This document shows, in pieces, positions 1 to 10,419 of a stretch of 64,000 nucleotides of DNA; the first letter of the stretch is position 1, and every line of letters begins with the position of its first letter. Position numbers and translations under genes: made by a program. The stretch covers positions 64,001-128,000 of the IMG/VR virus record IMGVR_UViG_3300010396_000002, one strand, 5' to 3'. The notes beneath the pieces were generated by a model that ran no database searches, was not told the DNA's origin, and saw only the letters and a list, made by a program, of their open reading frames with translations. The stretch is from a virus.

Positions 1-99
1 AGCGGGCTTCCTCGAGCACCGCCAGCGTTGTCTCGATCTTGCTCACGGAGGGAGCCTAGCGCAGAACGCGGAGGCTTTGGGATGGCGCGGGAGAGGTGC

Positions 100-405
100 T
101 CAGGCCCCGCCCCCGCCAGCACCACCAGAGGCGTGGTGAGCTTGGCCGGCCTTCGACGCGTGCCAGTCGCCCGTGGGCACGCTCTTGCGCCCGGAGACCT
201 TCGCCGCCGCCTTGCTCGCGGACTTCAGCCCTGCCGCCTTCGCCGCCTTCGGGCTCTTGCCCGCCGCCGCGGCCTTGGCGAACGACTTCGCGCCGGCCTT
301 GTTCGCGGCCGCCGCCGCGCGCTGCGCCTTGGACCCGCCCGCCGCCTTCGCCGCGCCGCCCGCGCCGGCCGCCTTCTTGCCCGGTACCGCCCTTTTCGCC
401 GCCAT
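100..405 (-). CDS. Lys/Ala-rich basic, histone-like protein
   Basis: MAAKRAVPGKKAAG... with KAA repeats; GGAG upstream. Confidence 0.6.
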   Translation of the reverse strand: MAAKRAVPGKKAAGAGGAAKAAGGSKAQRAAAAANKAGAKSFAKAAAAGKSPKAAKAAGLKSASKAAAKVSGRKSVPTGDWHASKAGQAHHASGGAGGGGA

Positions 406-481
406 GGTTCAGCTCCTTCTCGTGATGGTCTCACCCCGTAGGGTCAGGTGCCAGGCTGGACCTGGCGTTGCGAGAGCTAGC

Positions 482-874
482 CTACACGGCGAGGGGGCGG
501 CGCGGTAGGGGTCGCCGCGGGTGATCCGCGGTCATCGGGGAGGGCTTGGCCGGCCCGACCAACTGCCAGTGCCTGCCGATCAGACACTCGGCCTCCATCT
601 CCTCGCAGGGCTCGCCGATCACCCGCCGCCCGGGGACGCTTGGCTCCGGGCGCTCTCCCCAGAGGCAACGCCCGTCGGGGGCGAGCTGCTTGCCCTGCCG
701 GTACCAGCGGGTGACCGCATCCCAGAAGGGATGGCGCGAGCCAAGGCGGCGCTCCTGCCCGCGGGTGGTCAGGGGGATCGGCCCCATGTAGCCGTGGTCC
801 TCGAAGCGGATGCGCTCCCCGTTCACCTCGATGACGCGGTCGGGGCCGCCGACCAGGATGCAGGCGACGTTCAT
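482..874 (-). CDS. hypothetical protein
   Basis: MNVACILVGGPDRVIEVNGERIRFEDHG; GAGGAG SD; overlaps upstream stop. Confidence 0.65.
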   Translation of the reverse strand: MNVACILVGGPDRVIEVNGERIRFEDHGYMGPIPLTTRGQERRLGSRHPFWDAVTRWYRQGKQLAPDGRCLWGERPEPSVPGRRVIGEPCEEMEAECLIGRHWQLVGPAKPSPMTADHPRRPLPRRPLAV

Positions 875-1062
875 GCTCCGCTCCTCGGCTGGTCCCAGAC
901 CAGCGCCTCTCCCAGCACCGGCACGGCTCCCCAGAGCACGAGTGCGACGACCAGCTTGTCGACGGGACCGTCGGCAGCCCTTGGGACCAGGAACAGGGCG
1001 CCGACGATCCAGACGACCAGGAAGAAGCCACGGTCGACGATCTGCTCGTCCTCGCGGGTCAC
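871..1062 (-). CDS. small membrane protein
   Basis: Two hydrophobic segments (FFLVVWIVGALFLV, LVVALVLWGAV); coupled to neighbours. Confidence 0.55.
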   Translation of the reverse strand: MTREDEQIVDRGFFLVVWIVGALFLVPRAADGPVDKLVVALVLWGAVPVLGEALVWDQPRSGA

Positions 1063-1709
1063 CCCGGCCCCATGGCAGCGCGGAGCTGCCGGCCCTGGAC
1101 CCACACCGCCGACCGCGGAGCCCTGACGGCGAGCCCGGCCTCGGCGGCGAGGTCGACGAAGGGGACCGGGGTCTTGAACCGGACGTGGTGGGAGAGCAGC
1201 CACGCGAACCGCCCGGCCTCCCAGAACAGGCTTCGGGGCAGGTCGGTGGGCTCGAGGAGCCGGGAGCCCGTGACCCAGACCAGGCCGAGGACGTGACCCG
1301 CGGGCCCCAGCCGAGCATCGGGCAGGGCCTTGCCCTTGGCGTCGACCCAGCGCTTCGCGGCGGGCTGTGCTGCGGCCGCCGGCGTGAGTCTGCCGACCTT
1401 CTCTGCCGCGTACACGCCCAACCACTGGGCGCTCTTCTCGAAGGGGCGCTCGCGCGTCTCGATCGTCTTGTCGCCCTCGCACACCATCTCGGCGAAGACA
1501 CGCCAGAAGGGGACCACCAGCACCTTGTCGGGCACTGGCGGCATCGGCTCCGGGAAGGGGAGCGGGAGCGTGCGCGACGCGGCGCCCTTGCCGATGTTGC
1601 AGACGCATGCACCAGCACCCTCGCGACACGCAGGCGTGTGCTTGGAGCCCGCTGCGATGCGGGCGAGCTGGTCCTGTTCTTCTCGTCGTAGCTGTTCGGT
1701 GTCCTTCAC
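1059..1709 (-). CDS. ASCH-domain protein
   Basis: FAEMVCEGDKTIETR...GHVLGLV...FAWLL..PVP resembles the ASCH GxKxxExR motif; start uncertain. Confidence 0.6.
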   Translation of the reverse strand: MKDTEQLRREEQDQLARIAAGSKHTPACREGAGACVCNIGKGAASRTLPLPFPEPMPPVPDKVLVVPFWRVFAEMVCEGDKTIETRERPFEKSAQWLGVYAAEKVGRLTPAAAAQPAAKRWVDAKGKALPDARLGPAGHVLGLVWVTGSRLLEPTDLPRSLFWEAGRFAWLLSHHVRFKTPVPFVDLAAEAGLAVRAPRSAVWVQGRQLRAAMGPG

Positions 1710-2128
1710 GATCTCCTCCGCGCCGGCAGCTTGGTGCCCGGGTGCTCGGCTGCGTACTTCATGCACCGGGCGCAGTCGTAGACGTCTCCAGGGTGCCCTG
1801 GCGTTCCTGGTGCCGATCCTCCGAGCGGCAGGTGATGAGGCTTCGGCATCGGCGGGAGCGGCACCGTCGGCCGGGTGTGCGGCTTGGGCTCGGGCATCAT
1901 CGACGCCTCCGGATGACGTCGGACGCGAGCCCGACGAGACCAGCCACGAAGACCAGGGCCTTGGTCAACCGCGGCCCCAGCGTCTCGTCGAGCGCGGCAC
2001 GCACATCGCGATACGCCTTGTCGCGCAGGTGCAGCGCCTTGTCGCGCTGGTAGCCGTAGCTCTGCTCGATGATCCGGCGCTCCTCCGGCGTGAGGCTGTC
2101 CGTACCCGACCACTTCTCTGGCGTGAGA

Positions 2129-2617
2129 TCATCCATCGATCACCTCCGCCTGGACCTCGGGAGCCCCGACCGTGAGCAGCGGCATCTTGCCGGTCTGGTA
2201 CGCCTCCGCAATGGCGCCGCCGACCAGCTCCATCACCGTCTGGCCGTCGGGGAGCGTGAGCCCAGCCAGGAACTCGGCATCGATCGTCGAGGCCCCCGCG
2301 GCGACCAACTCGAGCTTGGCGCGCACGGCGAGCACGAGCAGGCGCCACCGCTCCCGGCACGCCTGCTCCCAGCGCTGCTCCCTGGTCTTGTCCTTGTACC
2401 GCTTCGCCTCCGGGAAGGAGGTGACCTTCGGCAGCGGGAGCACGACGCGGACCTGCCGCATCTTCGGGCCCTGACCGATGGTGAAGAAGATGAGCGCCAG
2501 CCCCTGATCGTCACGCGCGGCGCTGCCGAAGTTGTACCCGCCGTGCTTGCGCACGACGTTCTCCAGCTCCGCCTTGCTCTTCTCCACGGTGACCGTGGTA
2601 CCTTCGGCGTAGCTCAT
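2129..2617 (-). CDS. conserved phage hypothetical protein
   Basis: MSYAEGTTVTVEKSKAEL...WRLLVLAVRAKLELV...EFLAGLTLPDGQTV, a recurrent phage protein pattern. Confidence 0.7.
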   Translation of the reverse strand: MSYAEGTTVTVEKSKAELENVVRKHGGYNFGSAARDDQGLALIFFTIGQGPKMRQVRVVLPLPKVTSFPEAKRYKDKTREQRWEQACRERWRLLVLAVRAKLELVAAGASTIDAEFLAGLTLPDGQTVMELVGGAIAEAYQTGKMPLLTVGAPEVQAEVIDG

Positions 2618-3196
2618 CGCCGGACCCCACGTGCTCGCTTCGCGGCGTCGAACTTGGCCAGGGCCCGGTGCGCGCGGACCGCAGCCAGCTCGCCGCAGCG
2701 CGCGTACTCGCGCTGGAGGCGTGCCTTCTGCACACGCACCGACCGGCCCGTCGTCGCGTCGCGCACGATGACATGACGAGCGTCGTCGATGCCGGTCACC
2801 ACGAGCGGCCGACCGCTCCACTGCGCGAACACGTCGTGGACTCGCACCGCGATCCGGCGCACCAGCTTGGCGATCCGCTCGCGCTCCTTCTGCGCCTCGG
2901 TCTTCTTCTTCATCACCCGTCTCCCTTCGCCAGATCCGCGGCGAGCGTCGCCTTGGCCGCCGCGATGAACGGACACCAGTCCGGCGTCTGCCAGGTCGTG
3001 TCGCCGATGCGGCGCAGCCCATTGGCGCTCAGCGCCGGCGCCGCGGACACCGCTCTCTCGTTCGCGCAGTAGACGTCGTGCCCCGAGTCGACGTCGTTGC
3101 CGTCCTCGATGCAGTAGTGCTCCGAATGCTCGTACACGCACCCATGGCAGGAACCCTGTAGCGTCAGACGCGGCCCCTGTCGCTTCACCTCGGCCA

Positions 3197-4105
3197 TCAC
3201 GCGCCTCCCTTCTTCTTCGCTGGCTTCGCCTTGGCCACGATCTCGCGCAGCCACGCCGGCGGCTCGCCACCGCGGGCCCACGCGAGCGCCTCGGCCGCCA
3301 TGACGCGCCCGTGGACACCGCTCTTGAGGAGGTCGCCCTCGACGCGCTCGATCTCCTTCGCCGACCTCGTCTTCGCCCGCGGCGGCGATGCTGCCTTGGC
3401 GGCCTTCCGGACCGCCTTGCCGTCGACCTTCCCCTCCGAATCCGTCGACGCGGTCACCGCCTCGCGCACGGCAGCGCTCCCTCCGTTCTTGGCGAGCCGG
3501 AGCGCGACGTCGGGAGTGATCTCCTTCCGGTTGATCTTGCCCTGGAGGTCAGAGTCGAGGAGCAGGCACTTCACCAGCGCGTTCGCCGTGTCGAGGCGGA
3601 GCCCGGCGCAGGCCGCAGCCGCTGGCGGCGCCATCCCGTCGTTCTCCATCGCGTCCTTGAACCGACGCGCGAGCACGAGCGGGGGGTCCTCCTTCCGAGC
3701 GGCGTTCTCGAGGTACCGTGCTCGGACCGGATCGGTCGTGGCGACGGCCCGGAGCTTGAGCAGCTCCTGCCTCTTCGCCCTGCGCTCCGCGTTCACGATC
3801 GTGACGGCCGCGAGTCGACGATCTCCCGCGGCGACGAGGCGCTCCCCGCCGTCGGTGTAGACCACGATCGGGGTGCCGAGCGCCGTGCCGTGCTCGCGCA
3901 TGCTGGCGAGCAGCACCTGCATGTCGGCGTCGTTCGGGTCGGTCCGCGCGAGCCAGTTCTGGTGCTCGGGGTGCTTCGGGTCCGAGCGGGGGGACTTGTA
4001 CTTCGCCGGCACGACCCACCAGCCGTTGAAGCTGCCGTCGGCGCCCATGCGCTCCTTCTGGGCAGCGAAGCCGGTCAGCTCAGCGGTCTTCTTCTTCGTG
4101 CCCAT
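3197..4105 (-). CDS. ParB/Srx-like domain protein
   Basis: SMREHG...PIVV...LVAAGDRRLAA...ENAARKE followed by an HTH-like segment. Confidence 0.6.
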   Translation of the reverse strand: MGTKKKTAELTGFAAQKERMGADGSFNGWWVVPAKYKSPRSDPKHPEHQNWLARTDPNDADMQVLLASMREHGTALGTPIVVYTDGGERLVAAGDRRLAAVTIVNAERRAKRQELLKLRAVATTDPVRARYLENAARKEDPPLVLARRFKDAMENDGMAPPAAAACAGLRLDTANALVKCLLLDSDLQGKINRKEITPDVALRLAKNGGSAAVREAVTASTDSEGKVDGKAVRKAAKAASPPRAKTRSAKEIERVEGDLLKSGVHGRVMAAEALAWARGGEPPAWLREIVAKAKPAKKKGGA

Positions 4106-4545
4106 CAGCGGCCTCCTTTCGGCTTGTCGTCGAAGGTCGCCGCCCGCGAGAGCGTGTCCTTCGCGGCCCTGTCCAGCGCCGAGCTGGAGGCCGGTGCAAG
4201 GAACACCGAGGCTGCTCCGGCGCAGAGCAGAATCTCGAGCACCTCCACACGCCCGAGCTGGCGCCCCGCGGTGTTGCTGAGCCGGAGCCCGACCATGTCG
4301 AGGCTCTCCGCCAGAGCCTTGGGGATGCGCAGCGTGACCCTGTCCTTCTGGATCGTCACGTCGCAGCCGCGACTGAGCAGCTCCCTCCAGAGCGCGCTCT
4401 TCTCGAGCTTGAGAACCCTCCCTGCTTCGGCGACGCGCGCCTGGAGCTCGGGAGCCATCCGAACCGACGCCAGCGGGTTGCCCTTCGGCTTCCGCAGGCG
4501 CACCTGTTTCTGCGTGGCGCGTTTGCGCCTCGCCTTGTCGTCCAT
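4105..4545 (-). CDS. putative DNA-binding regulator (ribbon-helix-helix-like)
   Basis: ASVRMAPELQARV and VTLRIPKALAESL strand-helix motifs; first gene at a divergent junction. Confidence 0.45.
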   Translation of the reverse strand: MDDKARRKRATQKQVRLRKPKGNPLASVRMAPELQARVAEAGRVLKLEKSALWRELLSRGCDVTIQKDRVTLRIPKALAESLDMVGLRLSNTAGRQLGRVEVLEILLCAGAASVFLAPASSSALDRAAKDTLSRAATFDDKPKGGR

Positions 4546-4624
4546 GCGCCGGAGGGTGGCACGGGTGTTAACACTTCGTCAAGTCGTGCTAGCCTGCTCG
4601 CCTGGACGACAGGAGCGCGCGACG
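4546..4624. promoter_or_regulatory. divergent promoter region with palindrome GTGTTAACAC
   Basis: Palindrome 4565-4574; leftward TTGACG-N18-CACCCT; rightward TTAACA-N16-TAGCCT with TG extension. Confidence 0.45.
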
Positions 4625-5293
4625 ATGCGCGCCGTAGGAGAACGCGTGTCCAACGACTCGATGAAGATCCCGACCAACCATCGACAGGCCGAGCGACGCC
4701 TGATCGAGATGGTTCGTAGCGGGGCGTGGGAGATCGACGACCAGGGCCGCATCTGGCAACTGAAGCGCCGCGGCGGAAGGGGGCGCGGTGGTGGGGCGCG
4801 CATCATCGACATCGCTCGGATTCGGGCCGAAAAGCGCATGCCACGCGGCTACCTGATGGTGCGCGCCATGTTCGACGGCCGCCGCGTCTGCGGCCTTGCG
4901 CACCGCCTCGTCTGGCAGCACCTCCGCGGAGACATCCCCGACGGCCTCGTCATCAATCACAAAAACGGTCGCAAGGATGACAACCGAGTCGCCAACTTGG
5001 AGGTTGCGACGTACTCGGCCAACAGCCGTCATTGTCAGGATAACCTCAACCCGCCGGTCCTTCGCGGGTCGCGGAATGGTGCGTCCAAGCTGACCGAGAG
5101 CGACATCATCGACATGCGGACCGCACGAGCAGCGGGCGCATCGTTGCTCTCCTTGGCCGAACGGTTCGGCATCAGTTACCAGCAAGTTTCGACTATCACG
5201 CGCGGCCACAGGTGGAAGCACGTCCGCGACGCGCCGCTGCAAGTTGCAGACGGACGGAGCACGCGCTGGCAGCGTTCGGCAGGGAGGCCATGA
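4625..5293 (+). CDS. HNH endonuclease
   Basis: AHRLVW...INHKNGRKDDNRVANLE...N..H, C-terminal SKLTESD HTH; start could be 4625, 4646 or 4661. Confidence 0.85.
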   Translation: MRAVGERVSNDSMKIPTNHRQAERRLIEMVRSGAWEIDDQGRIWQLKRRGGRGRGGGARIIDIARIRAEKRMPRGYLMVRAMFDGRRVCGLAHRLVWQHLRGDIPDGLVINHKNGRKDDNRVANLEVATYSANSRHCQDNLNPPVLRGSRNGASKLTESDIIDMRTARAAGASLLSLAERFGISYQQVSTITRGHRWKHVRDAPLQVADGRSTRWQRSAGRP

Positions 5294-6213
5294 TGGGCAC
5301 GACAACGATCGAATGGACGCAGAACGAGGACGGCACGCCGGGCGAGACGTGGAACCCCATCAAGGGCTGCACGCGCATCTCGCCCGGATGCGGCGGCGGC
5401 ATGACCGGGCCCAACGGCGAGCGCGGTGGCTGCTACGCCGAGGGCATCGCCGCGCGCTTCTCGAAGCCCGGCCTCGCCTTCCACGGGTTTGCTGAGATGC
5501 GGGACGGCAAGCCGCGATGGACCGGCAAGGTCGCGCTGATCCCGGAGTTGCTCGACGAACCGCTCCGGCGGCGCAAGCCGACCACCTGGTTCATCTCGAT
5601 GAGCGACCTTTTCCACGAGAAGCTCACCAACGAGGAGATCGCCGCGGTCTTCGGCGTCATGGCCGCAAGCCAGCGTCACCGCTTCCAGGTACTTACCAAG
5701 CGTGCCGAGCGCATGCGCGACTGGTTCGCATGGGTCAACCAAACGCATAGCGCGGCCGCTTGGATCGCGCAGGCCGCAGGCGACATCCTCTCCACGAACT
5801 TTCCCGGCATGTCCCGCTGGGACCAGGCGCTCGCGAGCGTTGTTGAGGACGGTTCGTGGCCACGCCGCAACATCTGGCTCGGCGTCTCGGTGGAGGTGGC
5901 AGAGTACAAGCTGCGCCTCGCGCTCCTGAGGGACTGCCCCGCGGCCATTCGTTTCGCGTCGCTGGAGCCAGCGCTCGGCGACCTCGGTCTCCTGGACCTC
6001 TCCGGCATCGACCAGGTCATCACCGGCGCGGAGAGCGGGCATGGGGCCCGCCCGATGCAGGAGCAGTGGGTACGGAGCATCCGCGACCAAGCGAAGGCCC
6101 AAGGGGTCGCGTTCTTCTACAAGCAACGACTGAACGAGCGGAAGCACAAGGTGAGCTTGCCGCTCCTCGACGGACAGCAGTGGGCAGAGATGCCGGAGGT
6201 AGCGACGCGATGA
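5290..6213 (+). CDS. phage Gp37/Gp68 (DUF5131) family protein
   Basis: IEWT...TWNPIKGCTRISPGC...CYAE, SMSDLFH, FQVLTKR, WLGVSVE, SLEP, GAESG, FFYKQ. Confidence 0.9.
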   Translation: MMGTTTIEWTQNEDGTPGETWNPIKGCTRISPGCGGGMTGPNGERGGCYAEGIAARFSKPGLAFHGFAEMRDGKPRWTGKVALIPELLDEPLRRRKPTTWFISMSDLFHEKLTNEEIAAVFGVMAASQRHRFQVLTKRAERMRDWFAWVNQTHSAAAWIAQAAGDILSTNFPGMSRWDQALASVVEDGSWPRRNIWLGVSVEVAEYKLRLALLRDCPAAIRFASLEPALGDLGLLDLSGIDQVITGAESGHGARPMQEQWVRSIRDQAKAQGVAFFYKQRLNERKHKVSLPLLDGQQWAEMPEVATR

Positions 6214-6521
6214 ACGACAAGGACTGGTCCGAGGCACATCTGGAGGTCGGGTCCGTCGAGGCGAACGGACGCGCCACGTTCCGGGTGACGATCTTCGACA
6301 TCGAAGACGAACCCTTCGACCTGCCGTGCGCCGCGGTGGCGCACACGAGATACGGCGGCGAGCACGTCATGTTCCGAGCCGTCGGCGCCGCGGTGAAGGC
6401 TGCACCGAACGCGAAGCGGATCGGCGACGTGCTCGGGTGGGAGGACAAGCAGGATGCCGAGCGCGCGGCGAAGGCTGCAAGCAAGGTCTTCAAGGCGGAG
6501 AAGCAAGGAGCGACGCGATGA
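6210..6521 (+). CDS. hypothetical protein
   Basis: GGAGG SD; ATGA coupling at both ends. Confidence 0.6.
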   Translation: MNDKDWSEAHLEVGSVEANGRATFRVTIFDIEDEPFDLPCAAVAHTRYGGEHVMFRAVGAAVKAAPNAKRIGDVLGWEDKQDAERAAKAASKVFKAEKQGATR

Positions 6522-9238
6522 AGGACGAGACGAAGCAGGAAGCGAAGCGCGGTGGGCCGGTGAAGTGCCCGAGGCCGTGCACGGAGTGCGACGAGGGGGA
6601 CCACCACTTCTCGGACGCGACGGTGGAGTTCGCCGACGACGCCAACACGCACGGCGACGATGCCGAGGCCATGGCCGTTCGGGAGCAGGCTGTCGCGGCG
6701 GGATGCACGGCCTGGTACGTGTGCAAGCACTGCGACGCCTGGATCGAGTACGTCGACCAGGACGAAGACGCCGCGCTCATCGACGAGGTGACCATCGCGA
6801 CCCCGGAGGACGTCGCTGACCTGCTCGGCGATCTGGTCGCGAGCGAGTCGCTGGACAACGCGCACGGCCTCGACGACATGGGCACCACAGCCGACGGGGC
6901 ACTGGTGTTCGACCTGCTCCTGAACGAGCCTGAGGATCGGCGGCTCCGGGTCACCGTGCGGGACCGGGCTCATGTCGGGCTCGGGCACGTGCTCGACAAC
7001 CTCTCGCGCGGTCCAGCCGGTCCGTGGTGCACGCGCTGCGGGAAGGGAGACGCCGACGCACTGTCCCGAACCTGCTACCACATGTACACACCGGGCGAGC
7101 GTCACAGCCCGCGCAACGGTGGTCCATGCCCTGGCTGCGACACGTGCGGCACCAGCACGGCCTCGTCGGGCCCGGTGCACACCGATCTCTCCATGCCCCA
7201 TCGCACGGACCTGAGCGACCAGGCCTACCGGATGGCGGAGCTGGTCCGCTGCATCGACTGCAACGCGGTGATGAAGAACCGGAACGGCCCGCGAGACGAC
7301 ACTATGTGCCCGGCTCGAAAGACCACCGGCGACCGGCCAATGACGGACGCGGATGCCGAGGCTGGGCTCCTGGCGATGACCCGCGGCAACGAGCTGATCC
7401 TCAAGGCGCTCCGCGGCCTGTACCGGGTGCACCGGGGATCCGGCGACGGCGTCGAGGTCGCCTACGACAAGGCCCTCACCGCGTTCCTGGAAAGGACCGC
7501 GCCCAAGCGTCCCCTCGTCGCCTGCCACGTCGATGAACCCGGGGAGAGCACGCCGCCCTTCGTCGAGGCGTCTGGCGAGCAGTTCGCGCAGCATGCGGCC
7601 GTCACGCGCTGCCTGCGGGCCATCGCGCTCGTCGAGACGTGCACCACGATCAAGCCCGACGTGCTGGTCGTGCCGAACGATCTCTACAAGGCCCTGCCAC
7701 AGTTCTCGGTCATCTACCTGCACGGGGTGCGGATCATGACCGACCTGGAGCCGTTCCCCACCGACACCGTCGACATCCGCGTCGCGAGGCTCGAGGACGG
7801 GCTGATTCGCTTCCCGCTGTCCAGCATCGAACCGATCTGCATGGAGCACGGCACCGTCCACCGCGACAACGCTGGCGCTCCATGCGGCTGCCCGGAAAGC
7901 ACTGAGGTGTCCGCGGCCTTCGAGTCGGGCGACGGCGAGGTGGAGGACGGCCCGCCGCGCTTCCGCGGGCTCGGGCGCCCGGTCTCGCCGACCCGGGACG
8001 CCCTCATGGAGCGCGCGACGTGGCTCGCCGAGGACCCCGCCCGCGTCGCCGCGTTCAACGCCTACCGGCCATCGGCCGAGGAGCTGGCGAAGCTCCCCGA
8101 GCCCATCCGCAAGTTCGAGGATGCCGCGGTTCTGATCTGCACGATCTGCCGAAAGTCTACGGACGCATGCTCGTGTCAGGCGAAGGGGCTGCGCGAGGCT
8201 TCCGCCAGACTTGCCGCAGCTCGCATCGATCCGGCTGCCGCGACGCTCCCTCCCGGCACCAAGCGCTGGTCGGACATCAAGGCCAAGGGCAGGAGCGCGG
8301 AGCACCTCGCCCACCTCGATGCCGAGGTCGAGCAGATTGCCGCAGCGATCGGGCCTGCTCCGAGCCACGACATCGTCATGGACATCGAAGACGAGTATGC
8401 AGCCCGCGTCGCAGCCGAAGCGCTCGCTGCCCAACTGCAAGCGCGCATCGATCGACTCATGGCGGCCTCCGCAGAGGCCATCACGGTCCATGCGCTCCGA
8501 CGAGGGCGCGCGGTGTGCCGGTTCGTCGATGCGCCTCCTGGCTCATGGCCGGAAGGCCATCGCTGGGCCAAGGTCCCGCAGAACATCACCCCCGGCGCCG
8601 TGCTCTGCGATGCCTGCTGGCCCGATGCCGTTCGGGCGAAGGCGTCGCTCGCGTACCTGCACTTCGCCACCGACGGCAACGACGGGATCTGCGGCCCGAC
8701 GGTGGACCCGGAGTCGGGACGCCAGGCCCACTACACGCGCGACCGATCCCGGTTCATCTTCGCCACGGCGAACCGCTGCCCGAAGTGCTGGGACCTGCTT
8801 GGGCCCGATCCGAGCACCGGGGGCCAGAAGCGGCTGCCGGTCTCGCCGGCCTTCGACATCGTGTTCCGGCTCGAGCTGGCGAACGGCGAGGGCGCCGGCC
8901 TCACCGCCGAGGACATCAGGCACAGGGTCGAAGGGATGCACCACGGGACCAACATCAGGCAGACCGTGGCGGAGAAGCTTCACGACGTCGCACTCGATCT
9001 CCAGGTGAGTCCCAAGAGCCGCGTCGTCCTGCACCGGGTCGGCGCCCCGTTCGCCGAGGAGCTCCGCGAGCAGATGAAGGCCGGCTGGGACCTCGCTCAC
9101 ATCCGGGCGGAGATCCAGGCGCTGCGCGACGAGACCGCCCGCCAGCATGCGTCGGGGGCCCATGTCTCCGGCAACTCCACCAGGCTCTCGACGCTGGACG
9201 AGGTGCTCAACATCATCGACGGGAAGGACAAGCCGTGA
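6518..9238 (+). CDS. large mosaic Cys-rich protein (~906 aa)
   Basis: Open frame with good codon usage and many CxxC pairs; GGAG SD. Confidence 0.7.
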   Translation: MKDETKQEAKRGGPVKCPRPCTECDEGDHHFSDATVEFADDANTHGDDAEAMAVREQAVAAGCTAWYVCKHCDAWIEYVDQDEDAALIDEVTIATPEDVADLLGDLVASESLDNAHGLDDMGTTADGALVFDLLLNEPEDRRLRVTVRDRAHVGLGHVLDNLSRGPAGPWCTRCGKGDADALSRTCYHMYTPGERHSPRNGGPCPGCDTCGTSTASSGPVHTDLSMPHRTDLSDQAYRMAELVRCIDCNAVMKNRNGPRDDTMCPARKTTGDRPMTDADAEAGLLAMTRGNELILKALRGLYRVHRGSGDGVEVAYDKALTAFLERTAPKRPLVACHVDEPGESTPPFVEASGEQFAQHAAVTRCLRAIALVETCTTIKPDVLVVPNDLYKALPQFSVIYLHGVRIMTDLEPFPTDTVDIRVARLEDGLIRFPLSSIEPICMEHGTVHRDNAGAPCGCPESTEVSAAFESGDGEVEDGPPRFRGLGRPVSPTRDALMERATWLAEDPARVAAFNAYRPSAEELAKLPEPIRKFEDAAVLICTICRKSTDACSCQAKGLREASARLAAARIDPAAATLPPGTKRWSDIKAKGRSAEHLAHLDAEVEQIAAAIGPAPSHDIVMDIEDEYAARVAAEALAAQLQARIDRLMAASAEAITVHALRRGRAVCRFVDAPPGSWPEGHRWAKVPQNITPGAVLCDACWPDAVRAKASLAYLHFATDGNDGICGPTVDPESGRQAHYTRDRSRFIFATANRCPKCWDLLGPDPSTGGQKRLPVSPAFDIVFRLELANGEGAGLTAEDIRHRVEGMHHGTNIRQTVAEKLHDVALDLQVSPKSRVVLHRVGAPFAEELREQMKAGWDLAHIRAEIQALRDETARQHASGAHVSGNSTRLSTLDEVLNIIDGKDKP

Positions 9239-9936
9239 GCGCGCACGCCAACCTGATCGCCAAGCTCCGGGAGACGTACAACCCGTCTGCGGGCTGGGCC
9301 CTCTACACCGAAGTCCAGAGTGAGACCGGGGGCTCGAAGCAGGGCCAGCGACGAGCCGACGGCGTGCTGGTCAATCTCTGGCCGTCGCGCGGCGGGCTCT
9401 TTTACGTCCTTCTGGAACAGAAGAACTCGATGGCGGACCTCGGCCGGGATCTGCGAGTGCCCGCCAAGGCCGAGGAGATCGGTCGGTTCTGCAAGGAGCG
9501 CTGGCTGGTCATCCCCCCGACGCTGAAGCTCAAGGAGCGGCCGCGGGACTGGCGCGTATTGGTCGTCGGGACCGGCGCGCCGTACTTCTTCGACGACGAC
9601 AAGGACCCGCCCCAGCACCCCGTCACCCCGCCCACCGATGGCTTCCTCCAGAGCCTGCTCGCGAGCGGGTGCACGGCAGCGGAGGAAGCCGCTGTCGCCG
9701 ACATCCCGATGGTCGCTCTCGGCCGACCGCGAGCGGCACACACCTACGGACTGTGCGTTCGAGGGCACGCCGTGCCGATCACATGGAAGGGCGACAAGCA
9801 CCCGCCCAAGGTCCCCTGCATCTCGTGCAGGGACGACCAGGGCCCGGACACCGAGATGGCCGAGACCGTGATCGCAGAGGCTGACGAGGCCACGCTCCAC
9901 ATGCTCCGCGAGCAGATCGATCGCAGGCTTGGCTGA
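9235..9936 (+). CDS. MmcB-like PD-(D/E)XK protein
   Basis: EV...RRADGVLVNLWPSRG...EQKNSMADLGRDL..PAKAEEIGRFCKERWLV. Confidence 0.65.
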   Translation: MSAHANLIAKLRETYNPSAGWALYTEVQSETGGSKQGQRRADGVLVNLWPSRGGLFYVLLEQKNSMADLGRDLRVPAKAEEIGRFCKERWLVIPPTLKLKERPRDWRVLVVGTGAPYFFDDDKDPPQHPVTPPTDGFLQSLLASGCTAAEEAAVADIPMVALGRPRAAHTYGLCVRGHAVPITWKGDKHPPKVPCISCRDDQGPDTEMAETVIAEADEATLHMLREQIDRRLG

Positions 9937-10205
9937 TGCTCCAGCAACCGCTCCTCGAGACCGGCCTCCCCACGAAGGCGCCTCCGGGCCTGCCTCAACT
10001 CTCCCGCGGGATCCTTGGCCACCTGCGGACCGGGGACCTTGACACCACCAAGCTCGCCAAGCTCCTGAGCTGCGCACCGAGGCGGCTGCCCTTCGCCCTG
10101 TACTGGCTCCGGCATCGCGGGCTCATCATCGACGTTGGCCGCGTCAAGGGCCCCTACGGCGGCACCAGCGGCAAGCCACTGATCTGGCACCTCGTCGCCC
10201 GATGA
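9936..10205 (+). CDS. small winged-helix-like protein
   Basis: ILGHL..GDLDTTKLAKLL...ALYWLRHRGLI. Confidence 0.5.
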   Translation: MLQQPLLETGLPTKAPPGLPQLSRGILGHLRTGDLDTTKLAKLLSCAPRRLPFALYWLRHRGLIIDVGRVKGPYGGTSGKPLIWHLVAR

Positions 10206-10419
10206 GACGCTCCTCCAACACCGACGGGCTGCGCCGGTACGCCAAGGAGCGCAGCGGCAACGCTGGCACCGGCGGAGGGAACCGACAGGCCCGCACGCAT
10301 CGGCCCGGTCCGCCGTCTCTGCTCGCGCCAGACACGCGTCCGCTGGAATGCCCGACATGCGGCGAGCACGACTGCCGGGACTGGGTGCTCGAGGGACTCC
10401 CCTGCCGCGACCCAGAGTC

